Below, in pieces: positions 1 to 9,076 of a DNA stretch of 64,000 nt. The notes under the pieces were generated by a model. That model saw nothing but the letters and a program-made list of their open reading frames with translations, searched no databases and was not told the DNA's origin. The position numbers were made by a program, and so were the translations under genes. The stretch's first letter is position 1; every line of letters begins with the position of its first letter. The stretch comes from an uncultured delta proteobacterium (GTDB lineage: Bacteria; Desulfobacterota; Binatia; Binatales; Binataceae), in contig CAWCDG010000002.1 of the NCBI GenBank assembly GCA_963794325.1, positions 384,001-448,000 on the forward strand, read 5' to 3'.

Positions 1-3000
1 ACGCTCCCTAACGACGACTGCTTCTACATGTACGATTCGATGCCTTATGACGACGGCGGAAATGTGCCGGCCTATTACGGCTACAAAGTCCTGGGTATAG
101 GTTACGGCGGCACCCTGAGGCTCTACGGGAAAGAAGGCGCAACCTATCCCGATACCACAATCGATCCAAAGAATAGCGGCACCAGTTGGGTGCGCTTGAA
201 CAACTGTGCGACAGGAACCTCGGATCCCAAGTGTAAGGACGGCGTCCTGCAGCCCGGCGCCACAACTCTAACTCTGTCAGGTGCGGTCGATTGGAAAATG
301 GGCGACAAGTTTGTCGTTACGACGACCGATTACCTGACTTCGCACACCGAGCAGTTTACGCTCTCGGCCGACGCGAACGGCAACACGCTTACTATCGCGT
401 CACCCGGGCTCGCGTTTCCGCATCACGCATCCGCGATCGATCTGACGTCGCGGATTCCGGCTGGCCGGAATTTTACCGACCTTACGTCCGTGGATACGCG
501 CGCAGCAGTGGGGCTTTTGACGCGAAATATCACCATCGTGTCCGGCGGCGACAAGCCGATGACGGATCTTCCCAGTCCTCAAGTACCACCGGTTGCTGAT
601 CCGAAGGTCTATTTCGGCGGGCACGTGGTCTTCAGGCAGGGGTTCAAGCAACTTCAGATTCAAGGAGTTGAATTTAATCAACTGGGAGAAGGCGGCAGGA
701 TAGGGCACTATCCAGTGCACTTTCATATGGCGCGCCAGGTCCCGCCCGATACCTTTATTAAGGACAGCTCGATCTGGGACTCGATGACGCGATGGGTCGT
801 CCTTCATGCTACCCAGGGCGTCCTGCTTGCTCGCAACGTCGGCTACCGGTCGATAGGAATGGGCTACTATCTCGAGGACGGGACCGAGATCAACAACAAG
901 CTCTACGCAAATCTGGGAGTCTCAGCAATTTCGGCGGTCGACGACAAGGCCAATACCCGCCTGGTTCCCGGGATACTTGCTTCGTACAGGGATCCGGACG
1001 GAAAGGCCTATCCTCCCAACACCGAAAACACGCCTTACGATTCCGACTATGAGCACCCATCCTTGTTCTGGATCATGAATGGCTGGAACGATTTCGAGTA
1101 CAACATGGCAGTTGGCGCCGAAATGTGCGGCAACTGCTATTGGATGCCGCCCGCTGCCAACAGCGGCAAATCACGAGACATGAACTGGAAGGGTTACGCG
1201 TCCCTGCAGCAGAATTTCGATCACCAGGGCACCGCGCCGCTGCAGGAGTTTCTCGGCAATACCTGTTCGACCGCGATGATGGCTTTTCATATCAACGGCA
1301 ACACCAGCTATTGCGCAGGTATAAATACCCAGTTCAGTGATGCAGAAGCTGGCAAACAGTTCCATTCGATTAAGAACGATCTTCTGCCGTTGCCGAAGGG
1401 CAAAAAGGCGGAGGCTGGCAAGCCAATGGGAATTGATCCGGCGAATGAAACCTTCTATCCGCGGGTGAACGCCGGCGGAAATCGTCAGCCGACGAAATGC
1501 GACAACCTTAGCGGCGATTGCAGCACTACACAGACCTGCGCTAGCGGTCATCTGGCTAACTGTATGGTGATGGTGCTGGATCGCTTTACAACTTCCTTTA
1601 ACTTTGCCGAGGAGAATTTCGCCGCCATATGGCTTCGTCCGCAATTTAATCTCGTTCTCAACAGTGCGATGACCGACGTGCTTAACGGCGGTCTTACCTT
1701 CGTGACCGGGGGCGGCTATACGCGAGCCGATGCGCTGCCCGGGATTTGGGACGTTGCGAGGAAAAGCGTTTTCATCGGCAACAGCCAGGATCCTGCTGCC
1801 AATCCCTACGCGACCAATGCCGGCCCGGTGAATCCTGAGGGTGTCAAATGCGGCAACAAGCAGCCTGCCACGGGCTTCTGCGCACCGGTTGACGCCAACG
1901 GAAATGACCTGGGAGTTTCATTCTCGCGAGTGAGCTTCGGCGTGAATCAGCGATTCTTCAACATTTACGATGGCCCTGCGCTCGAGGACTCGAACGCCTT
2001 CCTCGACATTACGGCGACTCAGATTACCGATTGTCTTCTTACCGGGGACATCGATTTCCGATGCTTCAACAGCAAATGGATGCAGGGAACGACCCTGGGT
2101 CTTCCGGGAATCTTTGCGGGTGCCGGCAAGCCGCCGAAGTCCTGCTATCTACCCAATGCTGCGATCGCATGGAAGCAGCCTAACGGCTTTTACTATCCGC
2201 CGTCCTTTCACTCGACCAACCTGTTTTTCAACGACGTCGAAATTCGGCACTACGTTGTTCTCCCTCGATTTCTGACTGGCAGCTATAAGACCGACGATCA
2301 AGCCACCAAGGAACGCTATTGCAATCGCCAGCCGCAGATGTTCAGTCCTGACTTTACTGACATCGATCGACAGACTGAGCTGAACGATGATGACGGTTCG
2401 CTGACTGGCCTGATTGGGACAGTCTCAGTCAACCAGGATGATTTCTTCCACGCACCCACCCAGGATACTGAGTGCGAATCCGACGTGCTCGCCAACACCG
2501 AAGGGACCGCAGTCACCAGCCCCTATGACTACGTCACCACTGTAGTGTATCCGGATTGCGCAAAAGTACCGTGGACGGGCCCAGGTGAGAAACCCAATCC
2601 AGGAGCTTGCAACGATGGCACTGATACTTGGAGTTACGACTGTGCCGATTCAGCGTGCTACGGCGTCCCGATGTATCGCCAGCTCCTGAATAACGGCGAA
2701 ACCACTGCGCCCTTTATCCGGCTTGCATCTCAAGCCACCGGCCAGCGCGAAACGATGAATCCCGACAATGGCGTTTACTACATCGATACGACTGTTGACC
2801 GCGGCACGCAGTCCACCACAGGGAATAAGTTCAGTATCTTTGAGAAGAACAAGACTTACCACGTATTTCTTCTCTTCGCCAAAGACACCACCAAAGAGAC
2901 TTACCAGATATTCGTAGGTAAGGGACTCGATAAGACGACTGTCGAAAATTCCGTCAACTTCGAGAAGGTGGATGTATCCAGTGCGGCGGCCAAGTTCAAT

Positions 3001-3558
3001 GTCCAGCCGAACTTCCCGACGGGATGGTCGAAGAGCTATCAGCCCAATGATGATCCCACGACCCACAAGGGTGGAGGGATTCTGACGGTTACGATAAATC
3101 TGTCCACGATGGGCGGCAGCGGTTATCAGGACGACGTTGATAAGTCGATTTTCAATCCTGACAACCCCACGCAGACGCGCTGCCAGCCGTCAACGATGTG
3201 CGCGTGGAGCACCAAGAACTCAGACTGCGAGTGCAACATCAGCGACAATCAGAACGATCCGTTGGGATTGTTCTATCTGCGCGATGATTGCATGAAAGAC
3301 AACGGCACCGCGTTTTGCAAATGGGCGGTAAGCGATGTCGACTACCCCGACGCGGGTGCATATGGGTTTTCCTTCACTTTGGGAGATAGCTTTGTAACCG
3401 CCGCCACTCAGCCGGAGCGAGATGCGCTTCGACCAGATCCGTCCTGCTTCCCGAAAACCGATCCGCTTTGGAACCTCCCCTTTAATCCTGCGTCGAGTGA
3501 CGTCGCCGGTGCGTGCTTCTATGCCAGCGGGCCGCCGTCACCGATGTTCTGTCAGTAA
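1..3558 (+). CDS. Large G8-domain/parallel beta-helix protein (TMEM2/CEMIP/fibrocystin-like), 5'-truncated by the window
   Basis: Frame open from base 1 (TLPNDDCFYM...). Motifs FGGHV..QIQGVEFNQLG..GHYPVHFH and SSIWDS.TRWVVLHATQG..L..NVGY..IG.GYYLEDG.E..N match the TMEM2/PKHD1 beta-helix region; many Cys pairs. Confidence 0.75.
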   Translation, partial: TLPNDDCFYMYDSMPYDDGGNVPAYYGYKVLGIGYGGTLRLYGKEGATYPDTTIDPKNSGTSWVRLNNCATGTSDPKCKDGVLQPGATTLTLSGAVDWKMGDKFVVTTTDYLTSHTEQFTLSADANGNTLTIASPGLAFPHHASAIDLTSRIPAGRNFTDLTSVDTRAAVGLLTRNITIVSGGDKPMTDLPSPQVPPVADPKVYFGGHVVFRQGFKQLQIQGVEFNQLGEGGRIGHYPVHFHMARQVPPDTFIKDSSIWDSMTRWVVLHATQGVLLARNVGYRSIGMGYYLEDGTEINNKLYANLGVSAISAVDDKANTRLVPGILASYRDPDGKAYPPNTENTPYDSDYEHPSLFWIMNGWNDFEYNMAVGAEMCGNCYWMPPAANSGKSRDMNWKGYASLQQNFDHQGTAPLQEFLGNTCSTAMMAFHINGNTSYCAGINTQFSDAEAGKQFHSIKNDLLPLPKGKKAEAGKPMGIDPANETFYPRVNAGGNRQPTKCDNLSGDCSTTQTCASGHLANCMVMVLDRFTTSFNFAEENFAAIWLRPQFNLVLNSAMTDVLNGGLTFVTGGGYTRADALPGIWDVARKSVFIGNSQDPAANPYATNAGPVNPEGVKCGNKQPATGFCAPVDANGNDLGVSFSRVSFGVNQRFFNIYDGPALEDSNAFLDITATQITDCLLTGDIDFRCFNSKWMQGTTLGLPGIFAGAGKPPKSCYLPNAAIAWKQPNGFYYPPSFHSTNLFFNDVEIRHYVVLPRFLTGSYKTDDQATKERYCNRQPQMFSPDFTDIDRQTELNDDDGSLTGLIGTVSVNQDDFFHAPTQDTECESDVLANTEGTAVTSPYDYVTTVVYPDCAKVPWTGPGEKPNPGACNDGTDTWSYDCADSACYGVPMYRQLLNNGETTAPFIRLASQATGQRETMNPDNGVYYIDTTVDRGTQSTTGNKFSIFEKNKTYHVFLLFAKDTTKETYQIFVGKGLDKTTVENSVNFEKVDVSSAAAKFNVQPNFPTGWSKSYQPNDDPTTHKGGGILTVTINLSTMGGSGYQDDVDKSIFNPDNPTQTRCQPSTMCAWSTKNSDCECNISDNQNDPLGLFYLRDDCMKDNGTAFCKWAVSDVDYPDAGAYGFSFTLGDSFVTAATQPERDALRPDPSCFPKTDPLWNLPFNPASSDVAGACFYASGPPSPMFCQ

Positions 3559-3635
3559 GCGCGCGCGAGGACAACTGAGTAATACTAACTAAATAGTCAC
3601 TAGGCATTAGTCACTTACTAATTAGCGTGGCTAAT

Positions 3636-3664
3636 TTGACATACTTCGACACACGAGGTAAACT
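3636..3664 (+). promoter_or_regulatory. Sigma70-type promoter
   Basis: TTGACA (3636-3641), 17 nt, TAAACT (3659-3664). Overlapped by inverted repeat AATTAGC-gtg-GCTAATT (3620-3636) and preceded by two TAGTCACT copies. Confidence 0.65.
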
Positions 3665-3800
3665 TTCATTCGTCGGAATCGCAAAACGAATCGAGCCCGA
3701 CTTTGATCCAGCCTGACCTGTGGCCCTTCCTGCTCGCCTTTGACCACGCTCCGCTAGACCAACCCAAATCCTGAGATATCAAGGCTTGAGGGAGACCCTA

Positions 3801-4175
3801 ATGGGACGACCTCGTTTCCATCCGATCCGGAACACTCTGGCCGCGCTCAGCATCGTCGGAGCGATGCTCCTGACGTTTGCGCCACCATGTGCTGCAACCC
3901 CCTGGCAAAAATCATGGGGCGACTACGACAGTCAACAGCAATGGCATGACGCGAGTTGGTGGCTGCAGAACCGCCACGACTGGGTCGCTTCGCATCACCC
4001 GGAATGGACTGAGAGCTACGCCGCAGTCCGCGGCCAAATCGGCGACTCCGATCGATTCCACGGACGGCATTACGGCGATGGAGGCTCAGATCGAGTGAAT
4101 GCCTCAGCACTGAAGGCCGCTAGGAACGAAAGGGCGAAGGCGTATTCCGAAGGACAGAAATATGAAAACGACTAA
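3801..4175 (+). CDS. Small exported Trp/His-rich hypothetical protein
   Basis: ATG 3801 after GGGAG; hydrophobic signal-like N-terminus; WGDYDSQQQWHDASWWLQNRHDWVASHHPEW motif. Confidence 0.6.
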   Translation: MGRPRFHPIRNTLAALSIVGAMLLTFAPPCAATPWQKSWGDYDSQQQWHDASWWLQNRHDWVASHHPEWTESYAAVRGQIGDSDRFHGRHYGDGGSDRVNASALKAARNERAKAYSEGQKYEND

Positions 4176-4527
4176 CTATGGAAAAATCGCAATGACGTTT
4201 GGTGGAATCCTGATAGCGACTTTGGCCGCAGGATGTTACGGCGGCGGCGGTTCGGGTTACTCGAACGGAGGCTACGGCTACAATAGCAGCTACAGCAGCT
4301 ATGGAAGCTCCTATCCTTATAGCGGCTACAACGGCGGATATTCGTATCCGCGAAGCTATGGAAGTTCGTACAACAGCGGCTATCAGAATGGAGTACGAGC
4401 AAGTGAGAATCGCGACCGCCGTGCAGATCGCGTCACCAACCAGCATGCAGTTGAAGTAAATCGGGATCGCACTGTGGCGCGTACTGACACGACGCATTCG
4501 AGAGGCGAGAGCACGGAGAGAAACTGA
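4162..4527 (+). CDS. Putative lipoprotein with Tyr/Gly/Ser-rich low-complexity region
   Basis: Signal peptide ending in lipobox-like LAAGC, then YGGGGSGYSNGGYGYNSSYSSYGSSY. Confidence 0.6.
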   Translation: MKTTNYGKIAMTFGGILIATLAAGCYGGGGSGYSNGGYGYNSSYSSYGSSYPYSGYNGGYSYPRSYGSSYNSGYQNGVRASENRDRRADRVTNQHAVEVNRDRTVARTDTTHSRGESTERN

Positions 4528-4538
4528 CCCGCCGCCTG

Positions 4539-5150
4539 CTATGCAGCTATGAAGCCAGCGACCAGCGCAATAGCCGCGCCTACATTGTCGGCCTCGGTGC
4601 GGCCGCTGCGTGCGCGCGGCTTGAAGGAGTGATCGCCATCTTCGAGCCATTCGACCCGCACTGCGGGCGATAGCTGGTAGGTGCGGACCTCTTCCGGAAG
4701 GCCAAAGTTGTCGCGCGTTCCCTGTAGGATCAACGTTGGGGTTCGGATCGTTTCGAGGTGTTTCGTTCGCGTCTTCTGAACCTTTCCTGGCGGATGAAAC
4801 GGATACCCAAGGCACACCACGCCGAGAACCCCCGCGTCGTCGGCGACCATACTCGCTATCCTGCCGCCCATCGATTTTCCGCCGATCACGAGTTGGTTAC
4901 CGCCAACCTCTTCGATTGCGTCGCGGAACGACTGCATCAGGATGCGTGCTGGATCCGGCGCGCCTCCTTTCCCGGTTTCCCGCCGCCGCTGCATGTAGGG
5001 AAATTCAAACCGGATCACCCTAACGCCGGACGCTGCAACTCCTTCGGCGACGCGCAGCATGAACGGCGAATCCATCGGCGCTCCCGCGCTATGCGCAAAC
5101 AAAAATGATTTCGCCGCCTTCTTGGGCCCATCGAAAAGCATCGCCGCCAT
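4539..5150 (-). CDS. Alpha/beta hydrolase (KANL3/Tex30-like family)
   Basis: AHSAGAPMDS, nucleophile elbow GGKSMGGR, LGYPFHPPGK, QGTRD, GDHSF. Confidence 0.85.
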   Translation of the reverse strand: MAAMLFDGPKKAAKSFLFAHSAGAPMDSPFMLRVAEGVAASGVRVIRFEFPYMQRRRETGKGGAPDPARILMQSFRDAIEEVGGNQLVIGGKSMGGRIASMVADDAGVLGVVCLGYPFHPPGKVQKTRTKHLETIRTPTLILQGTRDNFGLPEEVRTYQLSPAVRVEWLEDGDHSFKPRARSGRTEADNVGAAIALVAGFIAA

Positions 5151-5274
5151 GACGTTCGATCATCGAATGGTCGTAGCGTCAGTGCAACCTCATACTGCGG
5201 CGGAGGGAGCGAAGCCCAAAAAAAGGCGATTCGCTTCCTCCTCCGCCCCTTCTTCTGCGCAGTAGCCCGCCTTG

Positions 5275-5952
5275 CTACGAGGCGTGCGCGGATGCCGGCT
5301 GACTCGACGCTCTCAACGGCGCGGTCGCTTCGGAAAACTCAGCCAGGTAGCGCGCAACGCTCGGCCGGCTGTTCATTCGCGATAACCATTTCGCGACATT
5401 GCCAAACTCTGGCGACGGTGCGCCTTCCATCAACGATGCGATGTTGATTGGCGAGAAGCAGGAGATATCGGCGACGCTGAACTCACCGCACAGGTACTCG
5501 TTCTTGCCCAGCTCGCGATCGAGCCGCTGATACTGGCGCGCAAGCTCGGCCTTCGTCTGCGCGACTGCCGCCGCGTCTCGCGTCGATGCGTCGGGCTTCA
5601 GCAGCACCTCGCGCACCAGCACTCCAAGATTGGGCGCAAGCAGCATATCGCCGAGATCTTCGAGTATCCTGCATCGCGCGCGCTCAGCCGCACCGGTCGG
5701 AAACAGCGCCGGCTTCGGAAAGCGCTCGTCGAGGTATTCGAGAATGATCGTCGAGTCGGGAATCACAGCGTCGCCATCGACCAGCACCGGAATCTGCAGC
5801 TTCGGATTAAGCCGCGGCAACTCCTCAGGCTTGATCCATCCGGTGGCCGGCGTCCAGTTGACCAGCCGGGTTTCGTGCGCGATCGCTTTTTCGAACATCG
5901 CGATCCGCGGTTTGGCGCTGTAAACGCTCAGGGGAGAATAGTAGAGCTTCAT
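5275..5952 (-). CDS. Glutathione S-transferase family protein
   Basis: MKLYYSP, LNP..QIPVLVDG, DSTIILEYLDERFP, YLCGEFSVADI. Confidence 0.9.
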   Translation of the reverse strand: MKLYYSPLSVYSAKPRIAMFEKAIAHETRLVNWTPATGWIKPEELPRLNPKLQIPVLVDGDAVIPDSTIILEYLDERFPKPALFPTGAAERARCRILEDLGDMLLAPNLGVLVREVLLKPDASTRDAAAVAQTKAELARQYQRLDRELGKNEYLCGEFSVADISCFSPINIASLMEGAPSPEFGNVAKWLSRMNSRPSVARYLAEFSEATAPLRASSQPASAHAS

Positions 5953-5985
5953 CGTCGTCCTCCGTTCCATGCGAAATGTTTGAGA

Positions 5986-6399
5986 TCAGGCCGGTAGCAC
6001 CATCTGTGTTTGAGTGGTCACTGCCAGCAGCTTGCCGGTATCCGACGTCACCCGCGTCTGCCATACCATCGTGCGCCGCCCGCGATGTATCGCGACGCAC
6101 TCTGCTCGCACGGTCGTACCAACCATCGCTGGGCCAACGAAGTTGGTCTTCGATTCGATCGTCGTCGTCATCGCACCGTCGCGCAGGTTCAACGAGGTCG
6201 CACATCCTCCGAGCGTATCGGCCAGCGCCATCATCGCGCCGCCATGCAGTATCGCGGGCCGCGTGCACAGGTCTTCGCGAACCGTCATTTCCGCCGTCAC
6301 GCATTCCGGCGTCGCACTGACGAACCTGATTCCGAGCAGCTTGGCAAACGGCAGCATGTCGCGGTTGAGTTGTTCGATTGCGTCCATAACGGTCATCAT
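5986..6399 (-). CDS. PaaI family (hotdog-fold) thioesterase
   Basis: LHGGAMMALADTLGG, TTTIESKTNF, HRGRRTMVWQT. Confidence 0.9.
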   Translation of the reverse strand: MMTVMDAIEQLNRDMLPFAKLLGIRFVSATPECVTAEMTVREDLCTRPAILHGGAMMALADTLGGCATSLNLRDGAMTTTIESKTNFVGPAMVGTTVRAECVAIHRGRRTMVWQTRVTSDTGKLLAVTTQTQMVLPA

Positions 6400-6418
6400 G
6401 GGCTCAAGCTCCGGTGCG

Positions 6419-6467
6419 AGTGGACCATTGACAGTTCCACTTTAGGAAATAATTAAGGATCCACTTT
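6419..6467. promoter_or_regulatory. Candidate MocR-family operator
   Basis: TCCACTTT at 6436-6443 and 6460-6467 plus inverted AGTGGA at 6419-6424 in the divergent intergenic region. Confidence 0.5.
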
Positions 6468-6515
6468 CGCCTCCCATTGCGGGCGTAGTACGGTCGATTT
6501 CGAAGAGGTGCCCTG

Positions 6516-7997
6516 ATGTTCCTGAGGCTCGATGCTAACGGCGCTTTATACGATCAGATTTACCGTGCGCTCAGAGGCCAGATTCTCGGTGGCCGATTGG
6601 CCGCGGCGGCGCGGGTGCCGGCCACCCGCGACCTCGCGCGCGAATTGGGCGTCTCGCGCAACGTCGCGATAATGGCGTACCGGCAACTGCTCGACGAAGG
6701 TTACCTGACAGCGCGCAAGGGCGCCGGGACTTTCGTCGCGCGCGAACTGCCGCGCCATCTCGCGACCGTCCCCGCTAGGCATCCTCTTCGTGCTACGCGG
6801 ACGCGGACCAGTGCGCCTCTGCATCTATCAGCGTACGCACGTCGCGTTCGTGAGGCTTCGCATGGTGTCCAGTTCACGTGGGAGCCGCGGCGCGACGTGC
6901 TGCCCTACGATTTCCGCTACGGTCCGCCGTCGTTCACCGATTTTCCACACGAAACGTGGTGCCGCATCGTGGCTCGGCGCGCGCGGCGCGTCTCGATTCG
7001 AGATCTCGATTACGGTTCGCCCGAAGGACTGCCCGCATTGCGCGAAGCGATTGCCGACTACGCCGGCCGTGCGCGGGCGATCGCGTGCACGCCTGATCAG
7101 ATCCTCGTCGTCAACGGCTCGCAGCAGACGCTCGACCTCGCAGCGCGTGTGCTGGTCGATCCTGGCGACGTCGTGCTGTTGGAAGAGCCGCACTATCGCG
7201 GCGCGCGAACCGTGATGCGCGCGGCGGGTGCGAAGATCGAAACGATCGCGGTTGACGAGCATGGCCTGCGCACCGCCGAACTCGCGCAGCGCCGCACGCC
7301 CAGCCGTCTCGCAATCGTGACTCCGTCGCATCAGTTTCCGACCGGCGCGGTGATGCCGCTGGGACGGCGACTCGAGCTGCTCGCTTGGGCGCGGCGTTCT
7401 GACGCCTGCATCTTCGAGGACGATTACGACAGCGAGTACCGCTATTCAGGGCGGCCTATCGAGGCGCTCGCCGCGCTCGATGACAGCGGGTGCGTGCTGT
7501 ACGCGGCGACGTTCTCGAAAGTGATGTTTCCTTCGCTGCGCCTCGGATACATGATTCTTCCCGAGCGGCTTATCGAGCCGATCCGTTCAGTCAAGGCGCT
7601 GATGGACACCGGAGGACCCCATCTCGCGCAGGCAGCGCTGGTCGATTTCATTCGCGAGGGCCATTTCGAACGCCATCTGCATCGCACGCGGACGCGTAAC
7701 GCCAGCCGCCGCGCCGCGATGCTCGACGCAATCGAGCGGCACCTTGGCGCCCGCGCGCAAGTGTCAGGCATCAATGCCGGCCTTCATCTAATGCTCTGGC
7801 TGCGAGACTTGCCCGCATCGAGATCGCGCGAGTTGCGGATGCGTGCGGCGCGCGCCGGGGTCGGCGTGTACTCAGTGGATCCGTTCTATCTGAAACCGCC
7901 GAAGCAACTCGGGCTCTTGCTTGGTTACGCGTCGAAGCCGGAAAAGCAAATTGCCGAAGGCATCCGCCGCTTCGCTTCAGTAGTGAATTCCTTCTGA
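6516..7997 (+). CDS. MocR/GabR family PLP-dependent GntR regulator
   Basis: wHTH (PATRDLARELGVSRN..AYRQLLDEGYL..RKGAGTFV) plus aminotransferase domain (VTPSHQFPTG, EDDYDSEY, TFSK..FPSLRLGY). Confidence 0.93.
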   Translation: MFLRLDANGALYDQIYRALRGQILGGRLAAAARVPATRDLARELGVSRNVAIMAYRQLLDEGYLTARKGAGTFVARELPRHLATVPARHPLRATRTRTSAPLHLSAYARRVREASHGVQFTWEPRRDVLPYDFRYGPPSFTDFPHETWCRIVARRARRVSIRDLDYGSPEGLPALREAIADYAGRARAIACTPDQILVVNGSQQTLDLAARVLVDPGDVVLLEEPHYRGARTVMRAAGAKIETIAVDEHGLRTAELAQRRTPSRLAIVTPSHQFPTGAVMPLGRRLELLAWARRSDACIFEDDYDSEYRYSGRPIEALAALDDSGCVLYAATFSKVMFPSLRLGYMILPERLIEPIRSVKALMDTGGPHLAQAALVDFIREGHFERHLHRTRTRNASRRAAMLDAIERHLGARAQVSGINAGLHLMLWLRDLPASRSRELRMRAARAGVGVYSVDPFYLKPPKQLGLLLGYASKPEKQIAEGIRRFASVVNSF

Positions 7998-8018
7998 GCG
8001 AGCGGAGTTCAATTCCTA

Positions 8019-8888
8019 TCAGAGTTCCAGTTGTGGCAGGAGCAGGTTCATTTGAAATCTCAAGGCGAATTGCTCGGTCTGCGTCGAGAACTGTCGATAG
8101 ACCATCCATTCGCCTGAGAAGGACGTGTCTATTGCGTAACCTTCGCCGAATTTCCAGACTTTCCCGAATCCGGCGCTAACCGGAATTTGAGTCGAAGTGT
8201 TATGACGCCAATTGATTGTCCAGGTCGCGTCGCTCGATTTCACATACCATCCGCGACCTAGTTGATAGGAGAGCATTGGTTGAATCTGCAGCGAGCTCAC
8301 CGGCACCGAATGCGACGAGGAATACGCAAACGACGTCGCCTGCTGAAACAGCCCGGCAATATTCAGCCCTGGAATTCCCCTGTACGAGAATGCCCAGGCC
8401 GGGCCCATCTGCCATGCCCCTTTCCCGGCAAATTCACTAGTGGAGGTAGGAAATACGAAGTAAGCCCCGACTCCCCATCGGAAGTGAGTCTCTTTTTCGT
8501 TCGGCCACGGCATCACGAACAGATCGAGCAGTTGGAAGTCGTCGAGCGCGGTGGTGGTTGTCGCGCCCTTGTTGCGGGGAACCGTGACGACTTGAATCGA
8601 CGGCCGAATAAGCTGCTCCAGCGGCGTGAACAATTGTGGGCGAACTGCCAGAAGCGGACGAAGTTGCAACGTGTTAGGCTGCGCATTCGTGCCGAACTCG
8701 GAGGGGGTGTAGATATCCTGAATTTTGAACTGCGTCAGTGCGGCGGTCGGATCGTATTCCTTCTCGGCCAGCCCCTCCTCGGTCAGATTTGTCGATGGGG
8801 TCTGCTGGGCGATACACAAAGAACAGCCCAGCAGCACCACAAATAGCGTTGCGAGGCAAGAAACGATGACGCGCATCGGATTGCTCAC
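8019..8888 (-). CDS. Exported protein, probable outer-membrane beta-barrel channel
   Basis: Signal peptide, alternating aromatic beta-strands, FPTSTS..GKGAWQMGP, C-terminal LRFQMNLLLP. Confidence 0.55.
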   Translation of the reverse strand: MSNPMRVIVSCLATLFVVLLGCSLCIAQQTPSTNLTEEGLAEKEYDPTAALTQFKIQDIYTPSEFGTNAQPNTLQLRPLLAVRPQLFTPLEQLIRPSIQVVTVPRNKGATTTTALDDFQLLDLFVMPWPNEKETHFRWGVGAYFVFPTSTSEFAGKGAWQMGPAWAFSYRGIPGLNIAGLFQQATSFAYSSSHSVPVSSLQIQPMLSYQLGRGWYVKSSDATWTINWRHNTSTQIPVSAGFGKVWKFGEGYAIDTSFSGEWMVYRQFSTQTEQFALRFQMNLLLPQLEL

Positions 8889-9076
8889 AATCCCCCGTTG
8901 CCTTGTTCACTTCCTTCCGCGACGAGCTAGCTGATTAGCCGCCGCCCTGACAATCTGCGCTTCTGACAACTCCTCGTAAATTGATCTTTGGTACAATGGC
9001 GGCTTCGCCATGTCACATGTCCGGCGGCCAGTGTGGTGGTCTCAGCGCAAACACCGGCTGATTGCTGTTTGAATGG

